From Amoeboaphelidium protococcarum X5 (taxonomy: Eukaryota; Fungi; Aphelidiomycota), in the NCBI GenBank assembly GCA_023515725.1, contig JALDTO010000235.1:62001-126000 (forward strand): a DNA stretch of 64,000 bases. Reading direction: 5' to 3'. The position numbers and the translations under genes are program-made. Shown here piece after piece: positions 56,858-64,000 of the stretch; positions within the stretch are counted from its first letter, which is position 1; each line of letters opens with the position of its first letter. Under the pieces are notes generated by a model. That model ran no database searches, was not told the origin of the DNA, and saw nothing but the letters and a program-made list of their open reading frames with translations.

Positions 56858-57092
56858 AATATATTTATACATACCTATATGCATATATATATATATATTA
56901 TTTTTAAATAGTGATAATCTCTGTACTTTAGTGATTAACGTATCATCATCTTTGGTTTCACACAACTGCCAACTCGTGATCGTTTCACCTCGAAATCTTC
57001 AGTTGTGATCTTTTTGTTCTGTTTCTTTGTTTCAATTTACAGCAAAGCTCTTGTTTCTTGTAAATTACCGGACGGCCATACACTTGAACATT

Positions 57093-58703
57093 ATGTCGAT
57101 ATCATCTATTAACAAGTCACCGAGAATTGTGACGGAGAACGAGTAGACTTTGGGGCCGCTGCCTAAAGGCTGGGAGAAGCACTAGACAGCTGATGGCAAG
57201 TCATATTTTGTAGAGTAGGGATTATATTTGATTGTTTCAAGAAGTATCATCATAATTATTTCAATGTAATCGCATATGTGTAGTTTTGCTAACAAGTCCA
57301 CCACCTGGGCTGATCCAAGAACTAAAAAGACTAGAAAGACTGATATGGCTCAAGTGTTGCATGGCGAAATTCCATACGGCTGGGAGGCTGCAACTTCCCC
57401 TCAATGTGGAGTGTATTACATTGACCACTTGACTCAGACGGTCTATTATGATCCGCCATGGGATAACAGAGTGCAGAAGCACAATGCAGCTCTGAGAGAC
57501 TATTTGTCGAAGGAGTAGAAACGTTTGGATAATTGGAACAAGGCACTGCTGGCACAGCAGGGTCTATCTCCTAGTTAGAATATTATGAGCTCATCTCCCG
57601 TTAATGCTTCATCTTCTCCTATGCTTTCCACATCAATCGGTCACACCGGACCTTCTAGCAGACAGCATCAAGGTGAGTCTAGTCCTCTCCGCTAAGCAAT
57701 GGTGGCCGCTACATCTGATTAAAGCTTGTCTCAGGATGCTGAAGATTCCCAAGCATCTGCATAGCCTGAGAGCAAGTAGCCTGCAGTAGTGGCTGCTTAA
57801 GATGAGGTGAAGTAAACTTCCGAACCAGTAGTAAGTAATGATTAGCCGGTCTCTGAAACGGCTAAAAGTGATGTCACAAAAGACACTGCTCCTGTTAAGT
57901 AGAGCCAATAGACTGAGGATATAAAAGCGGCCGATAGTAAGACTTAAGCCACACCAGTTGAAAATACGAAACCTTCTTCAGATCAACATCATGCAGAGGT
58001 ATAACAGGTTCAAATTGGCAAAGATTTTTTGCAAAAGAATGAGGATATTGCCGTTAAAGTCGCTTCTGATAAAAATGGTGTTGTTGTGGAATCTAAAGCT
58101 GTGGGTCAAGACACTACTTAGAATGTCAATTAGGAACAGTCAAAAGAGCAGAATGTATCTGATTAAAAACCCTCTGTGACCAATACTGCTTAGAACGACT
58201 TCTCTGTAACTGATAGTGTTCCAAACAATGTTGAAGAGGTTGATAGTAGTCCAGCTGTATAATCTCAACAGCAAGATGAGGTTACTAAAGAGAATGCCAA
58301 AAGCGACGCCATGCCTGTTATTGCAAGCACAGTTTAATAAGAAAATGAAAATAATTTGCCACCGAAATCTGTACCTGCTGACAGCTCTGCGTAGGTGGAT
58401 GTAAAATAGCCTGAAGTCTAGGTGCCTGAGTCTGTATTAAATGATTTGAGCCGCGATTTGAGTATTTTGATGGCCAAGAAGAGATTATTGAACAGCAGCC
58501 AAGACACTGCAAGCCCAGTTGAAAAGTCATTCAAGTTGAACGAATCTCCAGAGTGGATAAAGTCTCAAGTTGGTAAATTCGCTGGCGCAGATAATAACAC
58601 TGAGAAGGTGAAGATGGAAATTCAAGCGACTGAAATTGATTCTAATGTAATCTCTAAAGAAGCAATAACCATCAACATTGTTCAACATCAAAAGTCCAAC
58701 TGA
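57093..58703 (+). CDS. Tandem-WW domain protein (KIBRA/MAGI-type WW pair) with a low-complexity tail (one intron)
   Basis: LGPLPKGWEK..TADGKSYFVD.ANKSTTWADPR...GEIPYGWEAATSPQCGVYYIDHLTQTVYYDPP...LRDYL. Confidence 0.8.
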
Positions 58704-59218
58704 GCGGAATCTTGGGCGCCAAATAATGATATGATTTGTGGAATCTTAATTTTGTGTTAAGCCTTGAATACTTTGAATTTATTCTCAATTTGATTTAGAC
58801 ACCCTTAAATATCCACAGATTCATCCAGATTGTCCATGGGGAACTTTTCGATCAAGTTTAACAATTCATCTCTGAGTTTCTCTAATCGTCTACACATTCA
58901 AGATCAAAGTCGAGATTAGATGCATTAATTCTTCTGGATGCAAAATGCATTCAATATTACTCTTCGCAAGTGGGTAATAGAGTGAGATAGTGCTTGATAT
59001 ATCCAATCTGAGAGTATATGCCAAGTGATCGAGAATATCCCATCTGAAATCCGCTTTCCAGACCATTTACACGACCTTACTCTAATCCATCCTAGAATCC
59101 ACTCTCCATCAATCTACACACACATCACCTAATTATATTATCAATTTAGAATATTCTTTCTATACGGGCAATCAGTACTAAATTACTCTTCATCAATATC
59201 GAAATCCGCGTTATCCAT
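58688..59218 (-). CDS. LTO1: Lto1/ORAOV1 (GX3-repeat) adaptor, two introns
   Basis: ESGF[Q]DGLE[Q]GRVNGLESGFQMG...QIGY; LIEKFPMDN...LNQIENKFK; ends QLDF-TGA. Confidence 0.78.
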
Positions 59219-59445
59219 GATTAATTTGGTCTGACGGTGCCTTTATTGAATCAAGAGAGAGAACTAATCAATTATCTTTCGTTGTTTTTCAAATCTCAAA
59301 ATTTTTTTTCCGTCTTCTTTTGTTTCAACTCTTTTATTGTTATGCACAGAGCAGAGGCCTTTCATTATACTTTAATCGTCTACTTCCACATTAATTTTGA
59401 GACATAAGTCTTATAAAAAAATTCGTATAACTTATAATAATAGAT

Positions 59446-62400
59446 ATGCCTACTGCAACTGATACTGCCAAGAAGAATGTTGTTGATGAGTTTCAAGATT
59501 TGACTTACATCGAGAATGTGACCGATGGATCTGTTGCTGATGCCTTGGTGTCTAGATTCAACCATAATTAGATTTACACTTCCGTTGGGGATCTGATAAT
59601 ATCTCTAAATCCGTTTAAAGAACTGCCCATTTATGATAAAGATTATATGGAAAAGTATATGGGCAAGAATGTTCACTCCCTCCCACCTCACATTTACTAG
59701 ATTGCAGATAGTGCTTACAAGTCAATGAGAGATCGGGCGCAGGATCAGTGTGTTCTCATCAGTGGAGTCAGCGGTGCTGGAAAGACTGAGGCGAGTAAGA
59801 TTATCATGAAATACATGGCCCAGGTGTCTGTTAACAAGAAGACTGCCGGAACTGTGAGTAATCATATCCTGTCTGCGAATCCGTGTCTTGAAGCTTTTGG
59901 TAATGCCAAGACTGCCTCTAATGGTAACTCTTCCAGATTTGGAAAATATATGGATTTGCAGTTCAATTATAAAGGTGAGCCTGTTGGTGGTAAGATTTCT
60001 TGTTATCTCCTGGAAAAGTCTCGTGTTGTTCATCAGTCTGAGGGTGAACGTTCCTTTCATATCTTTTATTAGCTGGTTGCATGTAAAGATGAATAAATTA
60101 CGAGTATCACCAAGTTATCAGGCGGTATCACAGATTATAAATTGCTATCAAAGCATTTGACTGAATCGTCGTCTGCGAATGATTTTCTATTGAAGGATAA
60201 TGAAGATTTTATCAAGACTAGAGCTGCGTTAGTTGAACTTGGCTTGTCTGATGAAGAGTAGCGTTCTCTCTTTCAATGTGTCGCCGCTGTGCTTCACTTG
60301 GGAAATGTATAATTTGATGTCCTGAATACAGATGGTGGCTAGGCTGAAGTTGTCATTTCTGATGAGTAATCAAAGTAAGCCCTGAATCTATGTGCTGAAA
60401 TACTTGGCGTTGATGGTCAGGTGCTACAAACTGCTCTTATGAAGAGAGTGGTGAAAGATGCGAAAAAGAGCGGACAAGATATGGTGGTGAGTCTCAGCTT
60501 GCAGCAATGTATTAGTTAGAGAGTTGCTTTTACCAAGACTTTATATGGTAGAGTATTCGATTGGCTGGTCACGCGTATCAATTCCATAATATCCGTGCCT
60601 CATGAAAAGAATATGAATTATATTGGCGTGCTGGATCTTGCTGGATTTGAAGTGTTGAATCGTAATGGCTTTGAGTAATTATGCATTAACTATTGTAATG
60701 AGAAGCTGTAGCAGTTATTCATTGATCTCACCATTGTGCAAGAGTAGAATGATTATAAGTAGGAGGGAATATCATGGTAGGAGGTGTCCTTCTTCAACAA
60801 TCTGCCAGTGTGTGAACTGATTGAGGCCAAGTAGAAGAGTATGTTTACTATTCTGAATGAGGAATGTGTAAGGCCTGGAGATGTATCGGATGTCACGCTG
60901 TTGGATAAATTCAATTCTGCTTTCGGTAGTAATTAGTTCTTTGACAGTAGGGAGAAATCGAAATCTGACAAGACTTTAGAAGTTGATCAATTTAGAATTA
61001 CACATTATGCTGGTATAGTCACCTACACTGTTAAAGGTTTCCTGGAGAAAAATTCTGACAAGCTCTATAGAGATGTCCTGTTTGCTCTCAACACTTCAAA
61101 TAAAGCGTTTGTGCGTGATCTATTTCCAGAGAGTGAGCGTTTGGATAACACCAAAAAGTCTGAAACTTTATGTGTTTAGTTTAGATATTAGATTAATTCG
61201 CTATTGGATAATATCAAGTAAAAGACGCCTCACTACCTTCGATGCCTGCTGTCTAATAGTTCTCAGTAGCCTGATGTGTGTGACGTTGAACTGTTAACTA
61301 GTTAGATCAAGTAAATCGGCCTGGTATAGACGGTGTAAATTCGAAAAGTTGGATACATTTTTAGATAGAGATTGGAGGCTTTTCTTAACAAGTACAAGAG
61401 CTTGAATGACAAGACTTGGCCCACGTATAATGGGGAAGTTCGAGATGGAGTTTTACTTTTACTGAAGGATCTTATTCCCGCGAATTAGTATGTTGTTGGT
61501 AAGACCAAGCTGTTCATCAAGTCTCCAGTATGCTTGCAAAGACTAGATAAGCTACTAGCTAATAAGAATCACGTATTTGCAGATATTATTAGGCGTCGCT
61601 GGTTATCTCATCGGTAGAGGATCATCTATCTGAAATAAAGATAGGCTGCTACTAAGATTGCTGCCACCTACAAGATGCATCGATAGAAGCGAAAGTATCG
61701 AAAAGATTTGAAGGACATGAAGATTGTTAGTCGCACAATCAAAGGCCACATTGCGCGTAAGAAGTACATCTAGAATAAGCAGAAGAAGAATAAAAAGCAT
61801 GCCGTTACTGTCATTTAAAGATTTTGGAAATTGAGGTTGTTGCAGTTCTTCATCAAAGGCCCTGTCCGTTCAGCTGTTATAGAAGCAGGAGATCATTGGC
61901 GGTATATTCAATGGCCGTCTACCACCAAGTCTCTTAAATCAGCCAGTGATGCTCTAAATCACTTTTACCGGGTGGTCAAAGCACGTGAATACCGTAAGAA
62001 TCTAGGCGAAGAAATGAATGATATTCTGGAGTGGAAGTTTCATGCTTAGAGTCATCTCAATGCAAAAGCTGGATTCAAGACGACTGCTCTCACCTGTTTT
62101 CCAGCTGATGAAGCTGGATTGTACTAGATGAAGAAATGGCAAACTCATGAATTACATTCAACTGGCTTTATGTGTGCATATAAAGTCGCCAAACATAATC
62201 GTTCTAATCCAGTTACCACATCCGATCGTATATTATTGGTGAACACGTCAGATATTGTTGTACTTGAGACTGATTCCCTGAGGATTAAAGAGAAATTTCT
62301 GCTGAAGGATTTGAAATTCGTCTATATGAGTCCTTTGAGTGATTGTTTCGTGGTTTTAATTGCAGATACTAAATCTCCTAACTACAATGGCGATCTGGCT

Positions 62401-62643
62401 CTGAGTTGCAGGTCATTGATCAGTGCTATCGGTCTGGGATCGCGTATAACAATGCTGGCCAGGCGGTATTAAAGCACTCCACTTCCGCTGTCACTAGTCG
62501 AGAGTTGTGACGTGAACTTTTCAGCGACACCTAAAGAGGCTTAGCGGCGGTTCAAGTTTGTGAGTGACAAGTCAGTCAAAGGCGTCAAGCTGGAGTCTAA
62601 AGGCAAGGAGATTTTTGTAAAGGTTGAACCAAGAGTGAACTGA
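59446..62643 (+). CDS. Short-tailed class I-like myosin (motor, IQ motifs, TH1-like tail), ~1065 aa
   Basis: [53 protein letters not shown][Q][10 protein letters not shown][Q]QLF, HYAG.V.Y; IQ-like repeats; K.NR...DRILLV tail. Confidence 0.88.
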
Positions 62644-63048
62644 TATTAGAAGTGAATACTTTAACTGTTTTTATATTAAAGATACGTTGTTTTGTTTTCT
62701 CGATTACAGTAGATCTGTTGAGATTTCATTTTCCTATCGCGATACGACTAGCTCACACTCAGGTTAAGACGTCAAAGCAGTACATATCAGATAATTGACA
62801 TGGTATACAACTAATCAGCCATAAATAATGTTAAGAGTGCAAGCATCACTTCTCAGTTGCCATGCTTCTGTAATGCTCAGACACACTGCGCGACGATCAA
62901 CGATGAAATGTTAAGCTTTCAAACAACAAACGGATCTCCTTCTCTTACTCACTCAGCTTCAATATATAACACTTTTTGAAACAAATCGCCGCTTTAGTAA
63001 AATTGCCACAAAAGAGATCGTCGTTGTAAAACGTCAATAACAATAATA

Positions 63049-64000
<952 letters not shown>

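Overview
Gene-dense eukaryotic (fungus-like, opisthokont) DNA: about 36 protein-coding genes and pseudogenes in 64 kb, with short GT-AG introns. The supplied ORF track is fragmented because this genome uses a non-standard code: TAA/TAG encode Gln and TGA is the only stop (ciliate-type, table 6). Together with the holomycotan gene content and retained ciliary genes, this suggests an aphelid such as Amoeboaphelidium protococcarum (inference). Retranslated by eye in this code, the window holds housekeeping genes (AGC1, PFDN3, RSM10, NIF3, COX7, GTR1, COPA, ROK1, CSL4, separase, ELP5, DHH1, UBC4, RPN3, COX19, LTO1 and others) and several unusual loci. The strongest is a ~746-codon Fanzor2/IS607-TnpB-like RNA-guided nuclease gene (39635-41875, minus). 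It is written in the host code, has a recognisable RuvC D-E-D set and a K10 NLS, lacks the Zn ribbon, and carries one internal TGA. Other notable loci: a secreted mucin-like protein ending in a domain resembling the bacterial FrpC self-processing module; a stand-alone MICAL-like monooxygenase; N-terminally truncated IFT144 plus TMEM17; alpha-COP without its C-terminal domain; a KIBRA-like tandem-WW protein; a large adenosine-deaminase-like protein; and an inverted pair of coiled-coil/2-TM paralogs sharing a promoter element. All family assignments are from motif recognition by eye; no database search was run.
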